A stretch of DNA of 64,000 nucleotides from Octopus vulgaris (GCA_951406725.2 OX597821.1:105896001-105960000), one strand, 5' to 3'; counted from the stretch's first letter, positions 1-11,704 are shown. Program-made: numbers and translations. Notes: a model not told the origin generated them from the sequence alone.

Positions 1-5
1 ACGCT

Positions 6-445
6 CTCTGGCTTGTATTCATATCATTGTTCCGCTCTCTCGAGGTTTGCTTTACCGCACAACAGCCACTGGATATATCCACACTCGTGTCCGATGACTC
101 CACGCTGTCGGGCACAAGGGAGCTTGCTTCGTTGGTTGGCTGGTTTGCTGCTTGCTTGCTTACACTTACGTAATCAATGCGCACCCCGTTTGCCCGAGCC
201 TCCTCCAACGTCTTCACTTCGGAGCACTGAGCAGAGATCGCATCGCCTTAGTGCGTCGACATGCGCACGCGCTCGTGCTAGATAACGGTGACGACGACAA
301 ACAGCATCACCTTAGCCGTCGACCATCGCCGCTGTCGCCTACATAACACACGGACACACACTCCCTCTGGCTTGTATTCATATCATTGTTCAGCTCTCTC
401 AAGGTTCGTTTTACTGCACAACAGCCACTGGATATATTCACTCTC
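6..445. repeat. GC-rich direct repeat, about 81-bp copies 359 bp apart; cut by the window start
   Basis: 6-86 (ctctggcttgtattcatatcattgtt...cagccactggatatat) recurs with a few substitutions at 365-445. The spacer is CpG-rich compared with the window. Confidence 0.8.
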
Positions 446-1237
446 ATCCAAGAACGAAGCCAAAAAGCACATGCAGCAGTGTTGATATTAAATTCCACCA
501 GCCTGAAGAAATCAGTCAGAGAAGAATCCTATATTGAAGGGCAAATTCACGATGGTGCTCCAGCATTTGCGAGTCCGCGTGGCTGAAACGAATTGAAGAA
601 TAAAAAAATAAAGGGAATAAATACTTATTTTTAGCTATTCATAGATATGTGCATTATGGCTGCAGAAATAATTTCGAATCTATGTAACTTAAAGAGAGTA
701 AATGGGGAAACGGGTCACCATATATTGTATGAAGCCTAAAACAGATTTAACAATTTATAAGAATGGAAAAGAACACAAAAACATTGATAGAGAACAATGC
801 AAGCAAGAATAAGAGATATGGATGTAGGGGATAATATTGGTAGTTGGAGAGAGAAATGCGAAGGATAAATAATGAGGGAATACAGAATGGTTTAGAGATT
901 CGTCTTCAGGAGAAGACGGGGAATAATACGGAAGAAGGGGTCGATCAGTGAAACAGGTTGAAGAGAAATAGGAATGAAAAGCAGGTGCAGATAAAGGAAT
1001 GAATACAAATACGAAGTTAAGAGCGAGCAGTCTGGATTCAGGAAAGGAGTGAAGAAGAAAGCATATATTTTTAATAGCGTCTTGCTACGTTTGTTTACGT
1101 CTGTGAGTTTGTCTATATGTTTCTTTGACAGATGGTGTATGCATATATGCTTGTCTGTGTCCGAGTGTTTTTTATCTGCGTATTTCTGCGACTGTATATA
1201 TGTATGTATCTATGTATTTATCTATGTTCCTGTATAA

Positions 1238-1281
<44 letters not shown>

Positions 1282-1283
<2 letters not shown>

Positions 1284-1497
1284 CGGGAAGCTTTATGAAG
1301 ATAAAGAAAAGACGAAGGCAGGTGGAATACAAACAAATAATTCTATTAGTATGGCGCTCAGGAATATAAATAAAACAAATCTTTTACGTTTCGAGCCTAC
1401 GCTCTTCAACAGAAAGATACACAGAAAAGAAACACGGAGAGAAATAAGGAGAGAAAATAAATGCGTGCAGAAGCTAGCGAATCAACATGGCGATCTG

Positions 1498-1500
<3 letters not shown>
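1282..1500 (-). mobile_element. (TA)n-flanked Penelope-like terminal-repeat fragment with variant hammerhead
   Basis: Bounded by (TA)n on both sides, homologous to 1985-2148 in the opposite orientation, and carries a hammerhead-like fold. Confidence 0.55.
1379..1418 (-). ncRNA. minimal type I hammerhead-like motif with non-canonical core
   Basis: Minus strand reads ATCTTT-CTGTTGAA-GAGC gtag GCTC-GAAA-CG-TA-AAAGAT: 6-bp stem I, 4-bp stem II and a palindromic ACGT stem III. The core deviates from CUGANGA. Confidence 0.5.
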
Positions 1501-1545
<45 letters not shown>

Positions 1546-1867
1546 CGGTATTAGGGCGTGTATATGTCTTGAAAAAATTACAAAAATCGATTCCAGGTGA
1601 GAATGCGATCGATAAAGCCGTGGGAAAGTGCATTTGTACGCGCAAGTACATCAGCTGTTGCGATCGATACTACGCGTACGCAAGAACATTGCTCGTGCAC
1701 TTTGCGCATATTGGAATATATAAAAAAAGTTCTAGCTTTATTTCTCCTTTTGCTGGTGTCTCAAATTTAGATTAAATCAGTGTTTCCCAAAGGGGAAGCC
1801 TGTGGGACGGTCGGACAACATTTTTTGTGAAAATTTGGTTTAAAGGATTCACAATTCAGCACCGTCC

Positions 1868-1902
<35 letters not shown>

Positions 1903-1909
1903 CACAAAA

Positions 1910-1984
<75 letters not shown>

Positions 1985-1987
<3 letters not shown>

Positions 1988-2148
1988 TCTCTTTATTTTC
2001 TCTCATTGTCTCTTTCTGTGTTCCTTTCTTTGGAAGAGCGTAGGCTCGAAACGGTAAAGACTTTTATCACTTCTAAAGCCTTAAGCTAATACATCTATTT
2101 GTTGTCTACATCACCTGACTTCCTCTTCTGTTTTTGTGAATTCCCCGT
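1985..2148 (+). mobile_element. second, more diverged copy of the 1282-1500 family, inverted
   Basis: Shares gaagagcgtaggctcgaaacg and flanking similarity; bounded by microsatellites. Confidence 0.6.
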
Positions 2149-2163
2149 ATGTATGTATGTATG

Positions 2164-2208
<45 letters not shown>

Positions 2209-2875
2209 ATATATATATATATATATGAAAGTATGAATATATCTATTTGTATAGTAATTTACGTGAACTCGAAAAGAAAGTAGTTGCATTAGAGAAATTA
2301 ACGATGGAAAAATGAGATACAGTGGATAATGGAGAAAATGACACTAAACAAAATGATGTCTGGGGAGATGGGTGGATAGGGGCGGTTAAAATGTAAATCA
2401 ACACAATAATGAAATTTTGAAAAAGGGACTGAAAAGATAGGAAAGACAAAACTAGTGTGATTTTACTATATTGTCTGTGATCTTGCGGAATTTCTTTCAA
2501 TTACTTGCAATCACATGTTTGTTGACCATCACAGCGACGAATGATAATTTCTCTTGTCAATATTATAACGAGAAATATGTTTATAGATCTCGAGAGACGT
2601 ACGTCGTCAGGTTTGATTGAAGTTTAGCAAAATCTCCAGAAATTGGAAATAAATAACTAAATAGATTTTAAGAGACAAATAGGTATGACTAAAGACTTCA
2701 GTACATTATAAATGCTGGAAACAACAAAGAACTTTGAACTATGAATCATTTACATTCATTAGTAACAAGTATAATTACAGAGGTACTTTTACAAAATACA
2801 TACACATTTGTAAACAATTACACAAAAACGAGTCATGAGCACCCTTGTATACACATATGTGTGTGTCCATGTGTT

Positions 2876-2887
2876 ATATATATATAT

Positions 2888-2938
<51 letters not shown>

Positions 2939-2972
2939 CATATACACATATATATGCATATATATACACATA

Positions 2973-3026
<54 letters not shown>

Positions 3027-3174
3027 ATATATATATATAAATATTCATATATGCATATATATATGTATATGTATATATACATAGATATATGTATACATCT
3101 ATGTATATATATATATATATATGTATATATATGTATATATATAAGTACATACATATATATGTATATATATATGT

Positions 3175-3227
<53 letters not shown>

Positions 3228-3238
3228 TATATAAATAT

Positions 3239-3326
<88 letters not shown>

Positions 3327-3368
3327 GATATAGATATAAATATGTATATATATATATATATATATATT
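2876..3368. repeat. compound (TA)n/(GA)n microsatellite; representative of dozens of similar arrays
   Basis: Directly visible dinucleotide runs. Confidence 0.95.
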
Positions 3369-3780
3369 GCCCTGTCTTGCGATCAGATATCCTATCCTTC
3401 GGGTATCTCTTTTGTGTTTGAACATACACTGTATTCTTCTCTGAATAATATATAGTCTATTGACTAATGTTTCCTTTCTCGCTAGACCACTGGTAACTAG
3501 TGCCCCCGCCAACTAACCTCATGAACATAGGCCTCTTTCTGAAGCAAATTCAAAGCAACTATATTTAACAAATAAATCTTATCCTGAAAAAATTCATGAA
3601 TTTTTGTTTATAAATAAATCGCTACCCCACCCCCATTATCACCCCACTTTTCTTCAAGGCCCTCTTGGAACTTTTCACTGTCCTCAGGGGATCGATACTG
3701 CCCAATTTGGGAACCACTAGTCTTACCCATGCTAGTATGCAGAAAGAAAAACAGACGTAAAACAATTAAAAAAACTTATT

Positions 3781-3937
3781 TTTTTACTTGTTTCAGTCAT
3801 TTGACTGCGGCTATGCTGGGGCACCGCCTTTAGTCGAACAAATTTACTCCAGAACTGGCAATTATTCTGTTGGTCTTTTTGCCGAACCACTTAGTTATGG
3901 AGTTAGAAGGATGTAAACACACCAGTATTGGTTGTCA
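3781..3937 (-). mobile_element. SINE family A, 3' part
   Basis: tgtttcagtcatttgactgcggctatgctggggcaccgcc matches the family A tail. Confidence 0.8.
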
Positions 3938-3949
3938 TACACACACACA

Positions 3950-4010
<61 letters not shown>

Positions 4011-4011
4011 C

Positions 4012-4260
4012 ACAACTACTTAATAAGGAAAACTTAACAAGAAATTGTCAGGTAGATATGTAAAAACCTCATAAGAGAAAAAATTTCGAAAATAATTATT
4101 TCTTATTGAACATATTAATTTATATATAGAGGGCATATACATACATAGAGGCATATATATACATGCCAAATGCTAAGAGGGACAATTAGTCATTTCTACC
4201 AAAAATATTACTAATCCCACCGAATGCAATTTTTCAAAGTAAGACATTTAAAATAAGACA
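4012..4260 (-). repeat. inverted, slightly diverged partial copy of the 480-bp unit
   Basis: Reverse complement aligns to about 4693-4950 with a few substitutions and indels. Confidence 0.9.
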
Positions 4261-4648
4261 TTAGTAATATTTTTGGTAGAAATGACTAATTGTCCCTCTT
4301 AGCGTTTGGCATGTATGTATTATGCCTTCTAGCATGTATGTATAATGCCCTCTATATATAAATTAATATGTTCAATAAGAAATAATTATTTTCGAAATTT
4401 TTTCTCTTATGAGGTTTTTACGCTATCTACCTGACAATTTCTTGTTAAGTTTTCCTTATTAAGTAGTTGTCCTTAATTGCTAAATTTTTATTCCGAAAAA
4501 ACTTTTCCTCTCCCGAAATGCAATTCGTAAAAGTTTGCCATTTGACCGGATGTAATATATGTAAACTCACCCATGTGCTTCGTTGATGTTGAACAGTTAG
4601 CTGATCGACTTAAGCGGGGCAGGGTCGTTGTTTATTTATAATGCATTC

Positions 4649-4696
4649 AGGCCTGCTGATGAGTACGTAAGTATGAAATCACTGTGATACAGGTCT
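4649..4696 (+). ncRNA. type I hammerhead ribozyme, copy 1
   Basis: AGGCCTG-CTGATGA-GTAC gtaa GTAT-GAAA-TCAC t GTGA-TA-CAGGTCT. Canonical core, 7-bp stem I (one G-U), stem II with a GUAA (GNRA) loop, near-palindromic stem III. Predicted cut after A4689. Confidence 0.88.
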
Positions 4697-5128
4697 ATAT
4701 TTTTTAAATGTCTTACTTTGAAAAATTGCATTCGGTGGGATTAGTAATATTTTTGGTAGAAATGACTAATTGTCCCTCTTAGCGTTTGGCATGTATGTAT
4801 TATGCCTTCTAGCATGTATGTATAATGCCCTCTATATATAAATTAATATGTTCAATAAGAAATAATTATTTTCGAAATTTTTTCTCTTATGAGGTTTTTA
4901 CGCTATCTACCTGACAATTTCTTGTTAAGTTTTCCTTATTAAGTAGTTGTCCTTAATTGCTAAATTTTTATTCCGAAAAAACTTTTCCTCTCCCGAAATG
5001 CAATTCGTAAAAGTTTGCCATTTGACCGGATGTAATATATGTAAACTCACCCATGTGCTTCGTTGATGTTGAACAGTTAGCTGATCGACTTAAGCGGGGC
5101 AGGGTCGTTGTTTATTTATAATGCATTC

Positions 5129-5176
5129 AGGCCTGCTGATGAGTACGTAAGTATGAAATCACTGTGATACAGGTCT
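5129..5176 (+). ncRNA. type I hammerhead ribozyme, copy 2
   Basis: Identical to 4649-4696, offset by 480 bp. Predicted cut after A5169. Confidence 0.88.
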
Positions 5177-5312
5177 ATATTTTTTAAATGTCTTACTTTG
5201 AAAAATTGCATTCGGTGGGATTAGTAATATTTTTGGTAGAAATGACTAATTGTCCCTCTTAGCGTTTGGCATGTATGTATTATGCCTTCTAGCATGTATG
5301 TATAATGCCCTC

Positions 5313-5362
<50 letters not shown>

Positions 5363-5553
5363 TGAGAACGTGTGTCTGTCTGTCAAATTTTACACATGCC
5401 TTACTTAGGGTTCATATAGTGTCATGGGCAAAAAAAATGTTTAACTTCTTGCCTAGAGCGAGCCCACAGCAATATCATATCTTCTCCACTATTTCAGTAT
5501 TACGTGTTAAAAGTGAAACAAAAACATCTCTCTATTGTATGCATATGGATGTA

Positions 5554-5644
<91 letters not shown>

Positions 5645-5661
5645 ATATCTATATCTATCTA

Positions 5662-5712
<51 letters not shown>

Positions 5713-6451
5713 CAAAATATAAAGTTATATCTTGAGATCGTTAGTGACAACAACGCTCAAAATATATAACAGACTGGAATAGTAGTGCTCAAATGAGCTG
5801 TATACACTTTTTACCCCGAGGGGAGGCAATGCGAGCAGGAACTACGAAAGCACTACAAAATCCACAGAAAGATCATACACATACATATATTCATATATTC
5901 ATTTATATCTACAGAACAGACATAAAGCCCGACGTTTAGAAATATATAGTAATATATAAATATATAAACATCGTATAAAAATATATTGTACGCATAAGAT
6001 CGACTCGACGCTCCATAAGAAATTTAGAAATAAAAATTGCAATAAAAGTTAGAGGTAATAATAACAATTGAATTAAATATAGTAAGTAGTAATTAAATAT
6101 ATTTTATTTTATTAAAATGGTAATTAAATCGTAATATAACAATTAAAAGAAAAAATAGCAATTAGTATAAAATGTATCAAGGACTTGAACTTGAATATGT
6201 GACTTTGCATGAATGGGAGAAATTAAAAGATGAAAAATTTAATTTTGTGCAGAAGTGAATTAGTCCAGTTACTATAGCTGCTAGATTGAATTATATGCTT
6301 ATAAAGTAGCATTCAGTATCTATGAGAATTTGGAGGAGTACGTAATGTCTGGTCTTTCGCATGTAGCAGGTATGTAATTGTGCATTTGTTTCCGTGTACT
6401 ATGTGTTGAGACAGACAAGGAAGAAGCGGGCTGCCCCTCCCTAAGGGAGAG

Positions 6452-6757
6452 ATGGCCAGAAGAAGTATGTACGAAAGTGTGTCAGATTTATCGACTTCTG
6501 AAGAAGAACTTGAAAGGGCGATAAAGAAAATGGACAAGCAATTCGGCAACACATACGCAGGAGCGACAAGAACGGAGGAAACAGAAATAGACTTGGTCAA
6601 GTTGCCAAGATACCAGGCATTTATTAAAAAGGTCGGCGGTGAAGTGGAGTATAAAGTGTTTAGAGTTGAAATAGATGACGAGATAATAACAGAAATGGAA
6701 AAGAGATTTGCGATGAAAATAGAGCACAATGTGTATTACATTCAGGATAAAGTATAA
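6452..6757 (+). CDS. orphan 101-aa ORF, possibly a degenerate GIY-YIG-like/transposon-derived fragment
   Basis: Not low-complexity, and the antisense frame 6313-6729 is also open. TYAGAT and EMEKRF...HN only loosely resemble GIY-YIG motifs. Confidence 0.3.
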   Translation: MARRSMYESVSDLSTSEEELERAIKKMDKQFGNTYAGATRTEETEIDLVKLPRYQAFIKKVGGEVEYKVFRVEIDDEIITEMEKRFAMKIEHNVYYIQDKV

Positions 6758-6928
6758 AGGACAGGTAAGTGATGCTAGCGGATGGGGCCGTTAGCATCAC
6801 TTTCATTTATCATTTTCATATTTCATTTTCCATATTTATGTAATTGTGATGTTTTATGTCCCCAATGTTTGTATTGTCCCCTTCTGTGTAGCCCTTTATG
6901 GGTAATAAAGAAACGAGGTGTTGTGTGT

Positions 6929-7014
6929 AAAGAACATCCTGACGAGGGGAGTGTCAATTTTAAATATATATGTTTCATATTAATTGGCACATCTCCGAAA
7001 CTTTTATGTATTTT
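6929..7014 (+). ncRNA. decayed type I hammerhead with long stem II
   Basis: CTGACGA at 6939-6945 and GAAA at 6997-7000. Stem II is about 14 bp (GGGGA-GTGTCAATT / AATTGGCAC-A-TCTCC). Stems I (acat/atgt) and III are imperfect. Confidence 0.5.
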
Positions 7015-7168
7015 TGTAAATTTGTATATTTATCTTCTATGTATTTTTCTCTGGAATTTTAATTCGTCTTTTTAATATGTCGTTGTATGTTTTATTACCC
7101 CAAATTTTTAATTTAACAAATTTATACCAAACTACCACTAACCCCGGGAACGCCGGGTCATAATGCTA

Positions 7169-7209
<41 letters not shown>

Positions 7210-7214
7210 GCATA

Positions 7215-7372
7215 TACGACAAGCTTCCTTCAGTTTCTGACTACCAAATCCACTCCCAAGGGTTTGGTCGGCCTGAGTCTATAGTAGAAGACGTGATATG
7301 CAGTGGGACGGAACCCGGAACAATACTTAGTTGGTGTGCAAGCTGCTTACCATACATCAATCCTGCGCCTAT
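7215..7372 (-). mobile_element. SINE family A, 5' part
   Basis: Reverse complement starts ataggcgcagga and matches the family head and core. Confidence 0.75.
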
Positions 7373-7647
7373 GTATGTAAATACAATTTGACAAATGCTT
7401 GTCATTGAAAGTAATCTGTTAATCTATTTAGTATCAAATGAATAAAACCAATACTGAACAAACAACAACACTAATCTCTCCACCTATTGATCTGCTTAAA
7501 GTTATTTTCATAATGTTGTATGATTATGTTAAGGTAAAGCCAGCAGGCTGGCAGGATTGTTGCAACATCAGGGGAAATGCTTTGAAATATTTCTTCGATT
7601 TAAGGTGGGGATCTGACTGAGTCATGATCATGCTGAGCAGAGTACTC

Positions 7648-7815
7648 TAGGTGTAGAAGAGGCTGTGAAGTAAGAAGCTTGCTTCCCAACCGCATGGTTC
7701 CAGGTTGGGTCCCACTGTGTGGCACCTTGGGCAAGTGTCTTGTACAGTAGCCTCACGCTGACCAATGCCTTGTGAGTGGATTTGGTAGACGGAAATTGAA
7801 AGAAGCCGATCGAGT
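7648..7815 (+). mobile_element. SINE family A, 5' part
   Basis: tRNA-like head plus gtggcaccttgggcaagtgtc core. Confidence 0.8.
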
Positions 7816-8051
7816 ATGTATATATATATATAGTAGATCCCAAAACAGAAGAACAGCAAATCTAAAAATACACTACGCGAGGATACAGCGCATGCAAAGT
7901 ATTACCAGACCGTTAGGGAAGGGTAGAACGGTGGTTTACAGTTTCGAGCAGCACTTTTCTTCAGAAACAGAGAGAAGTCCTATGAAATGGAAAATGGTGG
8001 GAAAAAATCGCCAACGATTCACATGTGGTTACATTTTGAAAAAAAAAATGT

Positions 8052-8219
8052 ATAGGCATAGGAGTGGTTGTGTGCAAAATAGCTTGCTTACCAACCACAT
8101 GGTTCCGGGTTCAGTTCCAATGCGTGGCACCTTGGGCAAGTGTCTTCTACTATAGCCTCGAGCCGACCAAAGCCATGTCAGTGGATTTGGTAGACAGAGA
8201 CTTAAAGAAGCCCGTTGTA
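8052..8219 (+). mobile_element. SINE family A, 5' part
   Basis: ataggcataggagtgg...ccgggttcagttcc...ccttgggcaagtgtcttc, ending in a microsatellite. Confidence 0.85.
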
Positions 8220-8220
8220 C

Positions 8221-8277
<57 letters not shown>

Positions 8278-8313
8278 CGTGTGTATGTGTGCGTGTGTAT
8301 GTGTATGTATGTG

Positions 8314-8355
<42 letters not shown>

Positions 8356-9339
8356 AATATATATATATATATACATATATATGCATTTATATATACATAC
8401 ATATATATGCATATATATGCATTTATATATACATACATATATATATATACATATATACATATGTATATATATATATGTATATATATGCATATATATATAT
8501 ACATATGTACATACTTGTACCAATATTTATGTACACACACAAAAATGTATGTGCATTTGAGCGTGTATGCCCAACTTTCGAACACACGGACACTCACACT
8601 AACACACACACATGCTCAATTCCTTATATGTATTTACGCATGCATTTTGTGCACACTTCAAATGTTACTGTGCACGCTACTTACAAGGACGGTTGATGGC
8701 TTCGAAAATGACAAAGTTCTCTTTTCTAAGTGTATATGTAAATGTACATTGGAATCCATCCAACTGATAAATCTGTTCCCTTAATATAGAATATATTAAA
8801 TTTCTGATTTTGTTTTTTGGATTTTTTTCATTCTGATTTGTTTTGACAAGTTAGTAATAAAATCGGTTCGCTGAAAATGACTGGATTCAATGCATTCTTG
8901 AAATTTCATTTCATGGCCCAACGCTCAAGAGGAAATATCTATCCTTTTTTTAAAATATGCAACACAATACGATTCAATGAAAAATAAACGGTAGAAATGC
9001 AGTGATGTATTTTGTATTACTAATCTATGAAGTTTTAATGTAATGGAACCCAACGTAGCATTAAAGTATAGCTGAGAAACAAACTTCACAAATGCAAACA
9101 AATGGAGGTTCTCTATTTATATATTTATATATATGTGTGTGTGTGTATGTATGCGGGTATGTGTGCAATACACACACACACACGCGCGCGCGTGCACACA
9201 CACATATATTGTTATAAATACATGATTGAAATGCAAGCATCCATGTTCAAGTGGTACTGTGAACTTTAGAGTACATTATACATATATATACAAATGTTTC
9301 TATGTATACACACACAGAGACACACACACATACACACAC

Positions 9340-9406
<67 letters not shown>

Positions 9407-9528
9407 CACTCAAACATACACGCATACATATATATATTTATGTTTATATATATATATATAGATAGATACATATATACATTCATTTATATTTATATATATA
9501 GACATATATATATATGCATATACATACA

Positions 9529-9581
<53 letters not shown>

Positions 9582-10243
9582 TATACACACACACATTTGT
9601 GTGTGTGTTCTTATGTAATGAAATAGTCATGAACCTTAGTGAAAGTGAAAATGTTTCTTTCCCAAGTCCAATGATTTGCAAATAACTCTTTTTCTTTAAT
9701 ACGTGAAGCTGCATCTATGTGTAAGGGTGTGGTTCATGTTTGCTTATACTCGTCACTACTCCCATTCACTTTTCACCCTTCAAAGTAAATCTACGGAACG
9801 AAGATCAAAGTAACTGAAACTCCCGGCAAAATGTACAATGGTTTAACGCATCTAAAGCTTAAAATTTACAGGTGTCACATAAAAGCGCCTAATGTTGATT
9901 TAGTTGTAGTTGTTGATCGTTTGTGTTTCTATTCTCGTGTCCTAGAACGATAAGGATTGTGGCCGATTTTTAGCTCATATGAGTGACCAAGTTCTGAACC
10001 TTCTCCTGAACTCGACGCCCATCCAGTTGCTGGTTTGAAATACAGCAATTTTGCGGGGAGAGGAGAATTTGAAGTAAGAACGTAAATAGCCATATTGTGT
10101 GTTTAAATTTCTTCCCCTCAGTTTTCAGGATTTACACCGTAGAGTGGCAAAGCACAGCATGTACTGACATTTGAACACGTTTGTTACTATATTACCGTTT
10201 GGTAGCACGGACGTTTGTCAGTGAACAGGTCGCGCTAACAAAG

Positions 10244-10410
10244 TGCTGGTGTGTTTACGTCTCCTAACTTAGCGGTTCGGTTTACAAGACCGATAGAATA
10301 AGTACTAAGTCTACAAAAACTACATCCTAGGGTCGATTTGTTCGACTAACGGCGGCGCTCCAGCATAGCCGCTGTTAAATGACTGGAAAAGTAAAAGAGT
10401 AAAATAATAA
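10244..10410 (+). mobile_element. SINE family A, 3' part
   Basis: tgctggtgtgtttacgtc...ggcggcgctccagcat...aaatgactgg followed by an A-rich tail. Confidence 0.8.
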
Positions 10411-11704
10411 AGTTTCTACCATCTTGTAAGCTGGAGCGCAACGCGCGCTTCTTATTGAAACGTTTATCAACAAAGGTAAATATATGAACTCGTATTTCTC
10501 TTTCTGCATTCTCTGCTGAATCTAGCACTAAACCCTGAAGTAACTATAATACATGTAGTAGACTTTCCCCCAGACATATGTTATTACATCCTGATATCTT
10601 TAAAAGTAATGAACTACTATATAAAATAGTAGAAACTATAATCGAGCAGATATTAAGGACAGAATAGACCAGGAACTAACAGTTCTTGAAAGTGATTAAG
10701 GATAGGAGGAGACCTTTGTTGTTTGACTTTAAAGGTTTAGTTTTAACCCTAAAATATAAGAAGATCCTGACTTATAAGTGGTTGAGTATTCCACAGAGAG
10801 ATGTGCATATGAGGTCATTCTTAGCGGGACACATCAAATGTGAAAGACTAACTTTTGATCTTATGGGTACAACAAATCCAACGTATTCAATATCATTTTA
10901 GATTCTCAAATTTCTCTCAGGATATATGCATGAACACCAGGTTATAATATCTGAAATTTACACCAGAAACCACGCTGTAGGATCGAAACTAGCATCTTCA
11001 GATTGTGATGTGACCTTAACCATTCAGCCCCATAGCACCAACTGCAGGTGTAGATACTTCCAGATATAACCACATCTCTCAGTCTTTCCTTTTCTCTCTA
11101 CATATACAGACGCATGTCCGTGTGTGCATATACGTAATTTCGTATGCATATACATGTATACATGCACGTGTAAACATGTTTGTACATATGTACAAAGTGA
11201 GTGGCCTATCATCAGGAACAGAGAGATGAGTGCATATAACCTCGGCTAGAAACCCTTTGCCTCTTACGCCATTTGCATTCTGATTTTCTTTAAATCCTAA
11301 ATATAACCTATTCTGCATGTGATCTTATATGAAGCAGACGATTTGGATGGATGTGTAAATTGGCGTCTAGTTTATCAAAGTGATTGTCAAATCCTACGCG
11401 ATTTCTCTGCAGCTGTTATAGTTATAGGTTGAGAGGATACAAGCAAAACATTTCCTTACCAACGGTTTAATCTGCGAGGTGTATTGTTAAAGTAATTGAA
11501 ACAAAAATCAATATTGGTTTTGAATATGTGTACGCAGCAACACAAACACAGATATGCAGACGTGCACGAATTTATATCTGTGTGTATGTATGTGAGTACG
11601 TGCGTGTGTGCGCATACGTAGATGTTTTTTTATGTTTGTGTAATAAGCATAAACGTATGCTTATACATGCATACATACATACATACACAAACACACACAC
11701 AAAA

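Larger units (their letters stand above)
4261..5323 (+). mobile_element. perfect 480-bp tandem repeat (about 2.2 copies) with one hammerhead per unit; retrozyme/Penelope-pLTR-like
   Basis: Sequence starting at 4261, 4741 and 5221 is identical by eye. No ORF of 60 aa or more lies within the unit, and the block is flanked by (TA)n. Confidence 0.85.
5340..7169 (+). mobile_element. probable non-autonomous Helitron with internal cargo
   Basis: 3' end has a GC hairpin CCCGG-gaacg-CCGGG (7143-7157), then CTAG (7166-7169) followed by T. The 5' region tatataaaactgagaacgtgtgtctgtctgtc resembles starts of invertebrate non-autonomous Helitrons, but the TC terminus is hidden in (TA)n. Confidence 0.6.

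Noticed and set aside
895-920. CTGAAGA on the minus strand resembling a hammerhead core
   Set aside because: GAAA is absent and no convincing stems form.
2741-3512. Many long ORFs with YI, HT, CV, LS or poly-N/I/L runs, here and throughout the window
   Set aside because: They are translations of stop-free microsatellites, not genes.
1778-3719. hAT-like terminal inverted repeats CAGTGTTTCCCAAA and TTTGGGAACCACTA
   Set aside because: The flanking 8-mers do not match as a TSD, so the two ends cannot be assigned to one element.
5782-5856. Type III hammerhead-like arrangement (GTAGTGCT-C...GAA-AGCACTAC)
   Set aside because: No CUGANGA and no stem I between the arms.
6443-6815. Bacterial gene call (Shine-Dalgarno-like AAGGGAG plus terminator-like hairpin)
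   Set aside because: Spacing to the ATG is too short, the context is animal repeat DNA, and I recognise no homolog; kept only as an alternative in the findings.
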